Source of the DNA: Octopus vulgaris
Taxonomy: Eukaryota
Length of the DNA stretch: 64,000 bases
Assembly: GCA_951406725.2 (NCBI GenBank)
Contig: OX597819.1
Location: forward strand, 80,166,001 to 80,230,000
Direction of reading: 5' to 3'
Part shown: positions 40,855 to 54,338 of the stretch, piece by piece
How the letters are laid out: every line of letters starts with the position of its first letter
How positions within the stretch are numbered: the stretch's first letter is position 1
Notes under the pieces: model-generated
Database searches by the model: none
What the model saw: the letters and a program-made list of their open reading frames with translations, nothing else
Told to the model about the DNA's origin: nothing
Position numbers and translations under genes: made by a program

Positions 40855-41478
40855 GAGAGGGAGAGAGAGGGGGAGGTGAGTAAATCTCATATATTTTACC
40901 ATTTACTTTTTACTTGCTTCTGTATTCGAACTGCGGCTATGCTAGAGCACCACCTTTAAGGAATTTTGTTGAAAAATTCAAATTCAATACATATTTTTAT
41001 AATCTTGTACTTACACAAATGAACGCTTTTGCCAATATAAAATACACCAAGGAAATAAGTAAACCGGTTGTGAATCAATGGGGAGATTAGCACAAAGCAA
41101 ATACCACACACACGAGCACATACAAACACACACACACATGCTCTCTCTCTCTCTTACTTTCTCCTCATCCATCACCTGCTTGTACTGTCTTATTTTCCTC
41201 CCCACCACTACAAACTCAATACCACCATAAAATGGTCAAAACTTTTCACACAGGAACTTAGTTTGATTTGAAAACCCCACTAGAATGGGAGAAAGCGCTA
41301 ATACATGATCTAAGTTATATGATGTATAAAAAATGTAATATACAAATAGATATCTGTAAATATAAACCATCCGATTTTCTGAGTACCTCATTTCTTCTAA
41401 TATAAAATACCTGTACATCATCTCCAAACCTTCCAATATATATATATATATGTATGTATGTATGTATATGTAAATATG

Positions 41479-41720
41479 TGGAGGCGTGTGGCTTAGTGGT
41501 TAGGGTGTCAGCATTATAATCGTAAGATTGTGGTTTCGATTCCTGGACCGGGCGACGCGTTCTGTTCTTGAGCAAAACACTTCATTTCACGTTGCTCCAG
41601 TCCACTCAGCTGGCAAAAATGAGTAACGCTGCGATGGACTGGCTGAGGAACACATTCGCTATTGAAACCGGGAAACCGGGCCCATGAGACTGGCTAGGCT
41701 TTAAAAGGCCGCATTTATTT
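41479..41720 (+). mobile_element. tRNA-derived SINE family C
   Basis: tggcttagtgg A box; gtttcgattcc B box; highly similar to 57191-57447. Confidence 0.9.
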
Positions 41721-41734
41721 TATATATAAATATG

Positions 41735-42126
41735 AGACGGGCTTCATCACTGTTCTCGTCTACCAAATTCATTCACAAGGCATTGGTCGGCCGGAGTTAT
41801 AGTAGAAGACACTTGCCTGAGATGCCGCATAGTGGGAGCGCACACGAAACCACCTGGTTGCTTCTTAACCATGCACCCATGGTTGCACACCCAAAGCGCA
41901 TGTGCTCACAGATGCAAGAATATTTATGTGCGTGCGCCTGAATTATGAGGGGAGAGGATATCCATTACATCGACCCCCAGTGTTCGACTGATACATATTT
42001 TATCTATCACGAGAGAATGAAAGGCAAAGTCAACCTCAGCAGAATTTGAACACAGTACGAGGAACGGACGAAATGCCGTCAAACATTTTATCCGGTGTGT
42101 TAATGATTCTGCCAGTTCACCGCTTT
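41735..42126 (-). mobile_element. SINE A 5' half followed by SINE B
   Basis: Family motifs seen directly. Confidence 0.75.
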
Positions 42127-42220
42127 ACATAAGGTTAAAATAGTGTGAAGAAAATAGCACACAAATACCAAATACAGAGTAAACTATGGAGTTTTATTGA
42201 AACTGAGAAGCTTTACATAT

Positions 42221-42371
42221 TGACACTCCAAGTTTCAGGTCACCGATCATCAGGAAGAAGTGAATCTTGAAAATTAAATGATGTCAGTAAGAAACTTTGC
42301 GGTATTTAAAAAGCATCGTATTATTTCAAAAGTTCTGTCTGATGATCAGATATATGAAACTCCGAGTAACG
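42221..42371. ncRNA. Two degenerate HHR-like motifs in opposite orientation (42221-42256 minus; 42336-42371 plus)
   Basis: CTGATGA-tcggtgacct-GAAA-cttggag-TG and tgt-CTGATGA-tcagatatat-GAAA-ctccgag-TA-acg. Confidence 0.5.
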
Positions 42372-42482
42372 TCATGAGAAAATTCGTTTCCTTCAACACA
42401 CGCACGCACGTATGCATACTCACACACGCGTAAACTAAGGCTTGGCGGTGCATACAAAATTACGATTACGTGTTTTATTTAT

Positions 42483-42597
42483 AGTCGGCAGAAGTAACAG
42501 AGTGACTCAAGGGCCGAGAGTTTCGTGCATTTGATAAATGCCAACGAAACGACACTCCCGGCCCTTAACTTACTCTGTAACTTACTCCTACTGACTA
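42483..42597. repeat. ~115-bp imperfect palindrome (MITE-like)
   Basis: acagagtg..aagggccg.gag..tttcgt gcattt/aaatgc acgaaa..ctc.cggccctt..tactctgt. Confidence 0.7.
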
Positions 42598-42651
42598 TTA
42601 GGAGAAAAAGCATATACAAACTTGTATGTAGGCTCTGAGTATATATTTATA

Positions 42652-42691
<40 letters not shown>

Positions 42692-43167
42692 TGTAGAAAG
42701 AGAGAGAGAAAGAGACGAAGACAAAGAGAGAGAGAGAGATCCGACTTTACTCATTGAGTTCAAACTACGCCGCGCTCATCATCTTTGTCATTCATACATT
42801 CGGGGTCGATTAGACAAGTACCAGCTGAGTACTGGGTTCGATGTAAATGAGTATCATCCCACGCCAGAATTTCAGGCATCATGCCTACAGACGTAATCGA
42901 ATACGAAAAGTTGCTACTTGCAGTGCTGGCAGTGAATTCTTTATAAAATCTACTGAGATAAACTTAAGCTTTATGTCCATACACACATTCACATAGCCAC
43001 TTACACGCATACAAATGTTTACTTTCACATACTATCGAGTTAAACGTTTCGTATACGACATGTTGTTTGTTTGACTCTTGTAAGCGTTTCTAGATTCTTT
43101 CTTTCTTGATTTTTGTTTTCATCTTGTCGTACACGTAGCAATGTAAGGTGCTATTTATATGTATATA

Positions 43168-43561
43168 CGAGAAAAACGCCCCCCCCCCCCGTCCAATGGA
43201 CGGTGCTGAGTTGTCTAACATTTAAACCAAATTTTCTCAAAACAACTTGTCCGACTGTCCCATAGGCCTCCCCTTTTAGAAACACTGATTTAATCTGAAT
43301 TTGAGACACCGTGCATTTTTCTCACGTACACGTAGTATCGATCGCAACACCTGATGTACTTGCGCTTACAAATGCACGTTCCCACGGCTTTATCGATCGT
43401 ATTCTCATTTGGAATTGATTTTTGTAATATTTTCAAGACTTATACACGTCCTGATACCGTCGGTATCTACATATCTAATTTGAGCGCAATCGGATAGAGG
43501 ATGTCCTAGATCCGAGAAAACACACACACACACACAGACAGATCGGATTTTATATAAGAGA
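43168..43561 (-). mobile_element. Non-autonomous Helitron-like element
   Basis: 5' A|TCtcttatataaaa plus (TG)/(TCTG) tract; 3' hairpin ccgtccattggacgg then CTCG|T (degenerate CTAG). Confidence 0.7.
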
Positions 43562-44119
43562 TACGTTTATGTTTAGAGCACGATGTAAGCATACATAATA
43601 TTAGCTTTTTTTTTAGGAAAGCATTTGTGAAAGACAATAAGGAAACAATGAAGAACACCCTCGTTGATTCTCAAGTGATTATCATATTTCCAATACTCAT
43701 ATTTTCATACGTTGGTCCGATGTTACTGTATAACCACCTGATTTATGATATATACACAAATATATAGGTATGTTTATAAAGGTTGACGTAAATCAAATCG
43801 TATAGATTATATTTCTAAAATGAGCTTTGTTTATCCATGTTCAGAAGGTTTAGGGCTGAACTATGTAATTAGTTATTGAGGGTTTAGTCAGTAAGAATAG
43901 AATTATTGACTTTAGCTGGTTAATGTCTGCGGTAGATTATTAATGAATTTACAATATATAATGTATTTTGACTTCGTTGGTTCAATAGCTATAGGTAGAT
44001 ATCAATCTATCTATTCATCTATCTGTTTGTCTGTTTGTCTGTCATCTATATATTTATTTATCTCCTCGTCTATTTATCTATTTTTTTATGTATCATCTAT
44101 CTATCATCTAACCATACAT

Positions 44120-44168
<49 letters not shown>

Positions 44169-44397
44169 TACACACACACATATATATATATATCGTACGC
44201 TCATATGTATACATATATGTGTGTATATATATATAACGCCAAAGTTTACGAAAATAAACAAAAGACGAAGGCAGATGGAGTACAAACATACAAATGTATT
44301 AGTATAGCGCTCAGGAATAGAAATAGAAAAAGTCTTTTACGTTTCGAGCCTACAGAAAGATACACAGAAAACAACAAGAAGAGAAAAAAAAGGAGAG

Positions 44398-44446
<49 letters not shown>

Positions 44447-44566
44447 TATACAAATACAAACAGTCACACACACACATATACATATATACAAACATACATA
44501 TATGCGTTTTATTCACGAAGTGCATATACATATGTTTGCATTTATGTATATATGACTATATGTATG

Positions 44567-44613
<47 letters not shown>

Positions 44614-44626
44614 GCACACACGTATG

Positions 44627-44664
<38 letters not shown>

Positions 44665-45359
44665 TATACAACTATGTATATACTGTATACAATGTTTGTG
44701 TGTGTGTGATGGAAATATATGCGTGTCCTTATGTTTTTGTTTGTTTAATATGATATTACATTTTAAACAATCGGAAATGCAAACTGAAACCTACTTAGTG
44801 AGTATGTAGTGCATAGTTAAGAGAAATGATTGAATGTCAAATACCTGGGTGGCCCCCTCCATTCGATTCTCACATTTCTTACCGTAAAATCTTATATTTC
44901 CCTAGTTCTCTTTAATTTTTTTTTTACTTTAGATACATTTTTTTCATATTGCTCTCTCTAAAGAATCATGCTTGGTGAGTCGCTAGCTTCTTTATATTTT
45001 TTCAGCAGAATATATATACACACATACACATATGTGGGTGTGCATATTAATATGTGTGCATGTGTGTGTGTATGTGTGTGTGTGTGTGTATTCCCTTGTT
45101 GTAGTTGTAATGGAGGTTTCCAAGATTTTTAATTCGCCGCCTTGATACCTGGCATTTCGTCCAGTTTAATAGTAAGGTGACGTAGGATCAATTCGCTCTT
45201 AAGTTTCTGGTCAGATAAATAGCAGCCATTGCTACTATTTATATATATTAATCATAAAATATAAAATCAAATATTTACATTAATAATTCTTATAAAAAAT
45301 TTAAGGCAAATACGTGATGCTCAAATTAAAAATGTGTTTGTCAAGTTATGAGCAGATAA

Positions 45360-45423
<64 letters not shown>

Positions 45424-45476
45424 CTCATATACACACACATTCGCACAAGCAGACACACGTTTATATGACGTGTACG

Positions 45477-45522
<46 letters not shown>

Positions 45523-45656
45523 TATATTATTAAATTAGAGACAAAACCACTATTAGGCAAATCAAACAATGAAAAACTTAAGCCAATACATAAGATTATT
45601 TAATTTATATTATTTAAATATATAACAAAATTATTAAAAAAATATAATTAATATCA

Positions 45657-45720
45657 CACTACGATCGTTTCATGCCTGCTAACTTCTTCAAATTTTTGAG
45701 TCGCAGTCATTCATCAGGTG
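45657..45720 (-). ncRNA. Type I hammerhead ribozyme motif, intact core, palindromic stem III
   Basis: cac-CTGATGA-atgactgc...gcaggcat-GAAA-cgatcg-TA-gtg. Confidence 0.78.
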
Positions 45721-45762
45721 GTTTAAATATTTATCTTGGCGAGGTTTAAACATATATATATA

Positions 45763-46333
45763 TGACGTCATTTTAAGAATTCTCGATCGGCATTTTTCGG
45801 ACGGTTCAGGTCCCTGTTAGTGTATGTGTTTTCATTTACGTGCACTAGCTACAGTATTAGAGCATTTTGGCTCTTATTTCAAGCAATGTAGGTGTTTCTT
45901 AACACACACCCTAGTCACATTTATAAGTAGAATTCTTCTTTATGGTGAAATATTGTAACCTGCTGTTTATATTAATTTTATGTATACACATTAGCCAATC
46001 GCTAAATCATTCATTAATTTGAATGACGGAAACATTTATATTGATAGCGATGCTATTCAGAAAAAAAACGAGTTCGAGCAGGCATAGCTGATGAGGCAAG
46101 GAAAATTGCCGAAACTGACGTCAGTATTAAGAGTTCTCAATCGGCATTTTTCGGACGATTTGAGTATTGTGTTTCCATTCATGTGCGTTAATTACAGCAT
46201 TAGGACATTTTAGGACTTAATTCTAGCTATGCATATGTTTCTTAATAATTTTAGTCACATTTAGTGACGATATTAATTCTCCTTTTTTAATGAAATATTG
46301 AACCTTCTGTTTATATAAATCATATATACACAC
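45763..46333 (+). repeat. Diverged tandem duplication with ~353-bp period, delimited by an HHR
   Basis: 45763-45990 is colinear with 46116-46333; both start with tgacgtca. Confidence 0.85.
46085..46129 (+). ncRNA. Type I hammerhead ribozyme motif, intact core, palindromic stem III
   Basis: tag-CTGATGA-ggcaa-ggaaaa-ttgcc-GAAA-ctgacgtcag-TA-tta. Confidence 0.78.
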
Positions 46334-46730
46334 ACGTGTATATATATATAAATATATATACATACAAACATACTTGACGTCATGAGAATGTGAAATAATT
46401 CTTTCAGGAAATCTCGAAGCAGATAATCCTATATATAATGAGGTTTAAATAATGGGTTTAAATCACTTTGAATAGAGAAAGTTGTAGACTCCTGTTATGT
46501 ATAGAAGAGAGATACGTTCGAATCCCAAAGCCAGCTGTAGCCTTTTTCTGCATAAAAGGTTTTTAAACCAATATTTGTAAGATATAATTTGTAGCTTTAT
46601 TTGCTTTGAGATACACAGTTTGGAAAAAAATAAAGATGTATGTATGCGTGTCTATATGATGTATATATATATATGTATGTACATATGTATGTATGTATGT
46701 ATGCATGATTATATCTCTCTACCCATCTGA

Positions 46731-46803
<73 letters not shown>

Positions 46804-46836
46804 ACTTTCTATGCATATATATGTATATATATATAT

Positions 46837-47235
46837 TCTTTTACTTGTTTCAATAATTTGACAGCGGGCATGCTAGATCACCACTTTAGTCGAACATATC
46901 GACCCCAGGACTTATTCTTTGCAAGCCTAGTACTTATTTTATCGGTCTCTTTTATCGAACAACTAGGTTATGTGGACGTAAACGCACCAACATCGGTTGT
47001 CAAGCAATGGTGGGGCGACAAATACAAACACCCAAATACACACATTCACACACATACACAGACACATATATATATGACGGGCTTCTTCCAGTTTCCGTCT
47101 ACCAAATCTATTCACAAGGATTTAGTTGGCCCGAGGCAGTAGCAGAACACATTTACCCAAGTTGCCATGCATTGGGACTGAAACCAGAATCATATGGTTG
47201 GGAAGCGAGCTTCTTACAAGAAAGCTACATCTGCG

Positions 47236-47237
<2 letters not shown>
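46837..47237 (-). mobile_element. SINE family A, full-length
   Basis: Colinear with 25687-26072. Confidence 0.88.
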
Positions 47238-47286
<49 letters not shown>

Positions 47287-47709
47287 AGAGAGAGAGAGAG
47301 AGAAAAAGATAGAGAGGGAGAAAGAGAGGACAGACACGGATAGAGATGTAGGTGCTAACATACATTTATATGCACAAACATATATATGGAAATACAGCAT
47401 TAAAAAACAAATTCTCATTACACATCGACCTGCGCTTGTGCACACACACAGACACACATATACACACACATATTGATACGTCAATCACACACGAACGACA
47501 ACAGCACATAGTTTTAAACAATATCTTCTGTGGTGGAGACGATGAAACACACTTAGAGCGAAGCTTTCATATCCAATGATCATTTCAAGTGTGAAACCGA
47601 GTTCAAAGTCATAAAAACACACAAGGTGCATATATATATATATATATATGGGTATATGTGGGTGTGTGCGTATAGATAGATATGTAGACAGACACAGAGA
47701 GAGAGATAC

Positions 47710-47775
<66 letters not shown>

Positions 47776-48204
47776 GAGTAGTAAAAAGATGATGGTGAAT
47801 AAGCCCATTGCAATGATGTTGTTTTAAGTAATGCTAGATTATCAGAATGTATTTTATTGGGATATTGGTTTGACAGAATCATCGAATATGTCTATGTTTT
47901 TTTTTTGTATTTTTGTTTATGTACAACTTACTTGTTGGTTTAGTAAGCAAAATCCTCATCATCATCGTCATCATCATCACCGTCATCATCATCATCATTG
48001 TCATCGTTGTCGTCAACGGCGGCGGCGGCATCATCATGACCACAACATCTGCAGATTTATGTTCATCAGCGCAGGCATAAATGTGTGTGATGTTCTAGTA
48101 TTTTTTGTATGCATGTATATATATATATATATATGCCTACATACATACATACATACATACATGCATTCATATATATATATATATATACATATAGATAGAT
48201 ACAC

Positions 48205-48269
<65 letters not shown>

Positions 48270-48270
48270 G

Positions 48271-48311
<41 letters not shown>

Positions 48312-48688
48312 TGCCTATATGCATTTATGTACATATATTGGATATGTGTATGTCTGTGTATGAATAGTATATGTTTAAATAGTTATGGTTATATATGTAT
48401 CTCCTTGACTCCTTTTTCTGCTTTATATCGACAAACGACATAAAATCCCTAAATATTCTTTTTCTTTTTCATTTTCCGTGGCTTTCTTTCGTCACTGTAT
48501 TTTAATTTTTATTTTCTTCATCGTCCCTTTTTCTTTTTGTCTTACATTGTTTCTTCGTTATTCATACAAAAATTCATTTACTTATTCCTCTTTACATCAC
48601 TTACCGTTTCATTTTTTTCATTATTTTCCCTCATATTTATCTTTCAGGCGTTATACTGTCTACCGTTCTACATTCATCTTACTGTAAG

Positions 48689-48777
<89 letters not shown>

Positions 48778-50264
48778 CACACACGCACACAGAGGTGTGT
48801 TCTGTGAGTGTGTGTGTGTGTATGTGTGTGTGTGTGTGTGTGTGTTTGTGTGTAGTCTATTATCGAAACTGAAGTTGAGTGCTTTTCTCGCGACCAAGGC
48901 CCCGAAGATCAGCAGCCGAATGAGCAACGGCATTAGGACTTTTTCCTGAAGATAACAGTGGTGTGAAACTTGGGTCGCGTTTCAGACTCTCATCATCAGT
49001 TGTATTGAGCACGCCTTTATCATGTGATTGATATTAAGTAACATACGTATATACTCATACTGAGACTGCCCTAGTCAGGGCTTATCTTTAGACGACCCAT
49101 TAGACCTGAATTCTAATTCCTATAAACCCTTCCATAATCGAAACGAAAATCAATAATATGTTTATAAACACCCTTGCTACCTACCTTTTGTATTTAGTTA
49201 CTTAATTCTTAAAATTAGCCGTAGAATCACGTCTTTATTCATCTACAGTATAATTTGACAGGAACTCCTATCCTATTATAAGGCTCAATATAGTGTCTTT
49301 ACTTATAACTCTCCTCATCGTCAACCAACTAGTCGTAAGAATCGATCACACAATATGTTTGGGTCTGCTCCTCTTCTTAAATTTTTAGACAAGTGTAGGT
49401 AAAATCACTTTCCAAGCAACGGCAGATATAATAAAATATTTATTTGACACACAAGTAAACTTACATATTCCAGTACCCCACCAATGACGTATAACAAGCA
49501 AAGAATGACTTGGACTCATCCTATTTGCAGAGATGAAGCTAAACGCCCTCTGTTGCAGCTATGTAATAAGCCCTCACTCGTTCATGAAACGTAAGTAACG
49601 GTAAACTACGACATCGGCTAGACAGAGATTAAACGCTATATAGGGAAAATTTAAATTGTGATACAGCAACCATCTTTCTTCTTTAGGTATTTCCAGAAGA
49701 GACGAACAGGAAGCCCTCGACATTAATCTTGAGACTAATAGTTCTGGGCAGCAAATATGACGTCAAATGGAAGAGTCTTTCTAAGACCATACGCTCAAAA
49801 AGAAAAATGTTCCGTAAGCTCACTTGAAAACCCTTACCTCTTAAAGAACTTAAGAACCTCCAGGGACAGAATAAATACTAATAACAAAATTTTCTCATCA
49901 TATCCATATTCTACAAAGTACATTTTAGCAGAATTAAAAGTTAAAACAACAAACAGACTGTAACCCAGCCCACCGTTGGTTTACGAAATTTTCGCCACTC
50001 GCCAGAGCAAGCTGATATACGGAATGTAGAGAATTATCTACCCTTGGTCATTCTTTGTATTTTGATAACTCCGCACGCCGCTTGTTCATTTAAAACTTGC
50101 TCATCCCAAACGCAGTTACTAAACCATCTTGGCATCACCAGTTTTAAAATGGTGCAATGAATTAAATATTCTATCCAGGAAATCCTGGTTAGCTGAATTT
50201 CACAAGTTTTTTTTGTTTTTTTATGTGATCCTTATTAATAACAGGAAGAAAAAAATATAATATT

Positions 50265-50604
50265 CCTTTAGGAAAAAGGCCTGAAATTTTGGGAGAGGAT
50301 AACATTGACCCGAGTACACAATTGGTACTTATTTTATCGACCCCGAAAGGATGAAATACAAAGTCGACCTCGGCGGAATTTGAACTACTAATAATAAATT
50401 TTGCCGCAAGCGCAGCCATTTTGGGTGTGGGTATAAATCGATTACATCGGCTCCAGTGTATCACGGGTACTTAATTTATCGTCTGCTAAAGGATGAAAAG
50501 CAAAGTAGACCTCGGCGGAATTTGAACACATAACGTAACGACGGGTAAAATACCGCAAATCATTACGCCCAGTGTGCTAACGATTCTGCCAGCTCGCTAC
50601 CTTA
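50265..50604 (-). mobile_element. Two SINE family B copies
   Basis: atcgaccccgaaaggatgaaa..aaagtcgacctcggcggaatttgaac core occurs twice. Confidence 0.85.
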
Positions 50605-50635
50605 ACAAAACTACTACTACTACTGCTACTACTAC

Positions 50636-50672
<37 letters not shown>

Positions 50673-50859
50673 TATTATTATTATTATTATAACAACAACA
50701 ACAACAACAACAACAACAATAATAATAATGATAATAAAGACGAAGAGCGCAATTCGATTGTAATAGATATTTTATTGGTTGAACGATATTTCAACAGTAA
50801 GTCAGTCTTTATCAAGTTCAAAATAAGATGTGATACAAATTCAAAATTATAGAGACACA

Positions 50860-51898
50860 ATTACTGAAGACATTCAAATCCCTTCATGGTCATGAACCAA
50901 TACTCTGGTTACGGTTCGTTGATGACGTATTTTTTGTTTGAGAAGGATGGCAAGAATAGTTTAATGGACTTCTTGCATTTCTGTGACTATGCTAATAACT
51001 ATGGCTTTAAGTCCAACATACAATTTACGTCTAGTTTTTCAAAAATTAGCGTTGAGTTTTTGGACACAAAAGTCAAGTTTTCTGGAGGCAGAATAGTGAC
51101 AGAGTTATTTTGCAAGCCCACGTCATCCCACATTTATCTCCACCGCTGCGCCGATCATCCTCATCATATTATTCGGTCAAATCCGAAATCCCAAATTTTG
51201 AGGATAAAGCGGATTTGTACTGACATAAGGGATTACTGGAAACATGCAAATGATTTTCTACATCATTATGTCAAACGCGTTTACAGTGAATCACGATTAA
51301 AGGAAATAGCAAATAAAATGGCTAAGATTAGCAAAGATAGTCAAACCTTCACGCATAATTTTAGCAAGTAAAATATAATAGACTAGGAGAGATACCCGGC
51401 GTTGCCCGGTTACATTCAATTGAAGAAGTAGACTTTTTTGTTATATTTTCTGTAATGAACTGAAATATCTATGTTTCGAATTTCATCAAAATTGCAGATG
51501 AGGGTTATTTCCCTCTTTACATACCCTAAAAAATTTGTAATCGTGCCACATGTATCCCATACTACTGATTTTTATGCACATATTCCAAAATTCCATTGTT
51601 ATTGAACCTGTTAAAAAGATTTTGCTCCTAAAAAATGAAGGTCATGGAGCTCTAAAATGTGAGAGTTAAGGCCCCTGTTGGGGGTGGGCATCTTAATGTC
51701 AACCAAAGAAGTTGAATTGTTGAAAATCTTTTTAACTTGGGTGTTATTTCTATTGTTTGAATTTCTTTGAAATAGGAAATATATGTTCACTGGGTTTGTA
51801 AAAGAGAGCAAAGCTACAGGAAACTAAAAGACGAACGATCACAATAAGCAGTCAGTTACCCTACCCTAGACGTTACTTGAACTACCGGTTCAAGAACT

Positions 51899-51943
<45 letters not shown>

Positions 51944-52503
51944 ATATATATATGTGTGTGTTTGTGTGTACATATATGTATATATATATATGTATACACA
52001 CACACACAGACACATACATACACACACACAAAGATAAAGTGATAGATACAACTGAGTGGGCAAACAAAAATATGAGACACTTCGTAGTGCTGTTATATAT
52101 TTTGATAAGCCTGGTACTTATTCTATCAGTTTCTTCTTGTGAAACCAGTAAGTTATGGGGATGTAAATAAACGAACACCAGTTGTGAAGCAGTGATGAGG
52201 GAGAAACACGAAGACACACACATAGACTTACATATATACATACATATGCATACAATTGATTTCTTTCAGTTTCCGTCTACAAAATCCACTGACCAGGCTT
52301 TGGTTGGTCTCAGGTTATAGCAGAAGACACATGCCAAGTTACCACACAGTGGGACTGAACTGAGGACCATGTGTTTTGGAACCAAGTTTGTTAGCACAGA
52401 GCCACACCTGCACTTATGTATGTGTGTGTGTGTGTGGGGGGTGTATGTGTGTATGGGTGTATATATGTATGCATATATATATGAGTACATATTACATGTA
52501 CAT

Positions 52504-52546
<43 letters not shown>

Positions 52547-52664
52547 TCTAGACATACATGTATACACATACATGTATATCTATAGAAATACATCTATACA
52601 TATACATGTATACATATACAGCTATATATATAGATGTATACATATACAGCTATATATATAGATG

Positions 52665-52695
<31 letters not shown>

Positions 52696-53640
52696 CCATA
52701 TACATACTGCAGAGAGATGTTTTTGTTTCACTTTTAACACGTAAGACTGAAATAGTGGAGAAGATATGATATTGCTGTGGGCTCGCCCTAGGCAAGAATT
52801 TAGAAATTCCTTGGACCCTAAGTAAGGTATGTGTAAAATTTGAATGAAATTGGTTGTGTAGTTCTCAAGTTTTAGGGAAACACACAGACAGACAGACAGA
52901 AAAACATTCTTAGTTTTATATATATATAGATAACAGAATTCCTTTAGTGATTAACTGACACCGAAATTTTGCTGGCATTTCAAAAGTGTTGCATGAAAGT
53001 TACCAGCATGTGGGAGAAAATACTCTTGTTTCAAACAAATATTTCCTCAGCCTCCTATTGTAGCCATTAGACGGAATAAGAATATAAGAGAATTATTGAC
53101 CTCTATTTCTGACTCCAAGAAAACGAACATTGGAGTATCTGCACGCTGTACCTTGAAAAACAGACGAAAGAGAGGTAAGCCACGTTCATTGTGCAGCAAC
53201 ATGAGTCAAGTGGATTCCATCAGGAGTCATGACAGAAATGTTATGATTTATACAGAAGGTTGGACGTGTAGAGATTCCCATTTTGTGTACGCTGCTGAAT
53301 GCACGAAACACAATTTATGTTGGTTGTACAACAGAACAATTAAACAAAAGGTTTAATGGGCACAGATTCGACGTCCGGCACAATAACAGTAGTTCGACAG
53401 AACTTGCTGAACATTTCGTTTCAAACAGCTGCAATTTTGAAGAAGACTTGAAAGTGCATATTCTCAGAAAATATTCTGAATCTACTTCACTTTCACTTCT
53501 CAGAATGTATGAGGAGAAATATGTTTGCTGGTTCTTAACATCACGCCCACGAGTAATGAATAAAACGGCAGGAGAATATCATCAAATTTATGCAAAACTG
53601 TTTGATTAAATATTCTCTTTCTCTTTCTATTTTCTTTCCT
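50860..53640 (+). mobile_element. Penelope-like element (RT C-half, linker, GIY-YIG endonuclease), pseudogenised and split by a Helitron
   Basis: WLRFVDDVF; EFLDTKV..KPT..YLH..HP..PKSQILRIKRIC; RIPLV..FPQPPIVAIRRNKNIRELL; C..C; VYAAECTKH / YVGCTTEQLNKRFNGH..AEHF..MN. Confidence 0.92.
51383..52930 (-). mobile_element. Non-autonomous Helitron inserted at an A|T site; contains a SINE A copy (~52105-52392)
   Basis: 5' A|TCtatatatatataaaactaagaatg..(TCTG)n; 3' hairpin ccgggcaacgccgg followed by CTAG|T; no TSD. Confidence 0.85.
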
Positions 53641-53669
53641 CTTTTTTCTGTCTAATAATAATAATAACA

Positions 53670-54285
53670 CATTCCACTATAAGCACACGGCGTGAATTTT
53701 GTGAGAAGACGGACAGCTGATCACATTGATCACAGTACTCAACTGGTACTTAATTTATCGACCCCGAAAGGATGAAAGACAAAGTTAACCCCAGCGGAAT
53801 TTGAAACCAGAACGTAGCGACGGGCGAGATACTGCTAAGCATTTCTTCCAGCGTTCTAACGATTCTACCAGCTCATCGCCTTAATAATAATCTTTTCTAC
53901 TGTAGGTACAAGGCCCGAAATTTTGGGGGCGGGTGGCAGTCGATTAGATCGACTCCAGTGCGTAACTGGTACTTATTTAATCGACCCCGAAAGGATGAAC
54001 GGCAAAGTCGACCTCGGCGGAATTTGAACACAGAACGTAGCGGCAGACGAAATACTTATTTCTTTACTACCCACAAGGGGCTAAACATAGAGAGGACAAA
54101 CAAGGACAGACAAACGGATTAAGTCGATTATATCGACCTCAGTGCGTAACTGGTACTTATTTAATCGACCCCGATAGGATGAAAGGCAAAGTCGATCTCG
54201 GCGGAATTTGAACTCAGAACGTAACGGCAGACGAAATACGGCTACGCATTTCGCTCGGTGTGCTAACGTTTCTGCCAGCTCGGTG
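53670..54285 (-). mobile_element. Three stacked SINE family B copies
   Basis: Three cores with different 3' tails; (TAA)n flanks. Confidence 0.9.
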
Positions 54286-54287
54286 TG

Positions 54288-54338
<51 letters not shown>

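Noticed and set aside
41479-41552. tRNA gene
   Set aside because: A/B boxes are the head of a SINE that continues into a shared body; no complete cloverleaf or terminator
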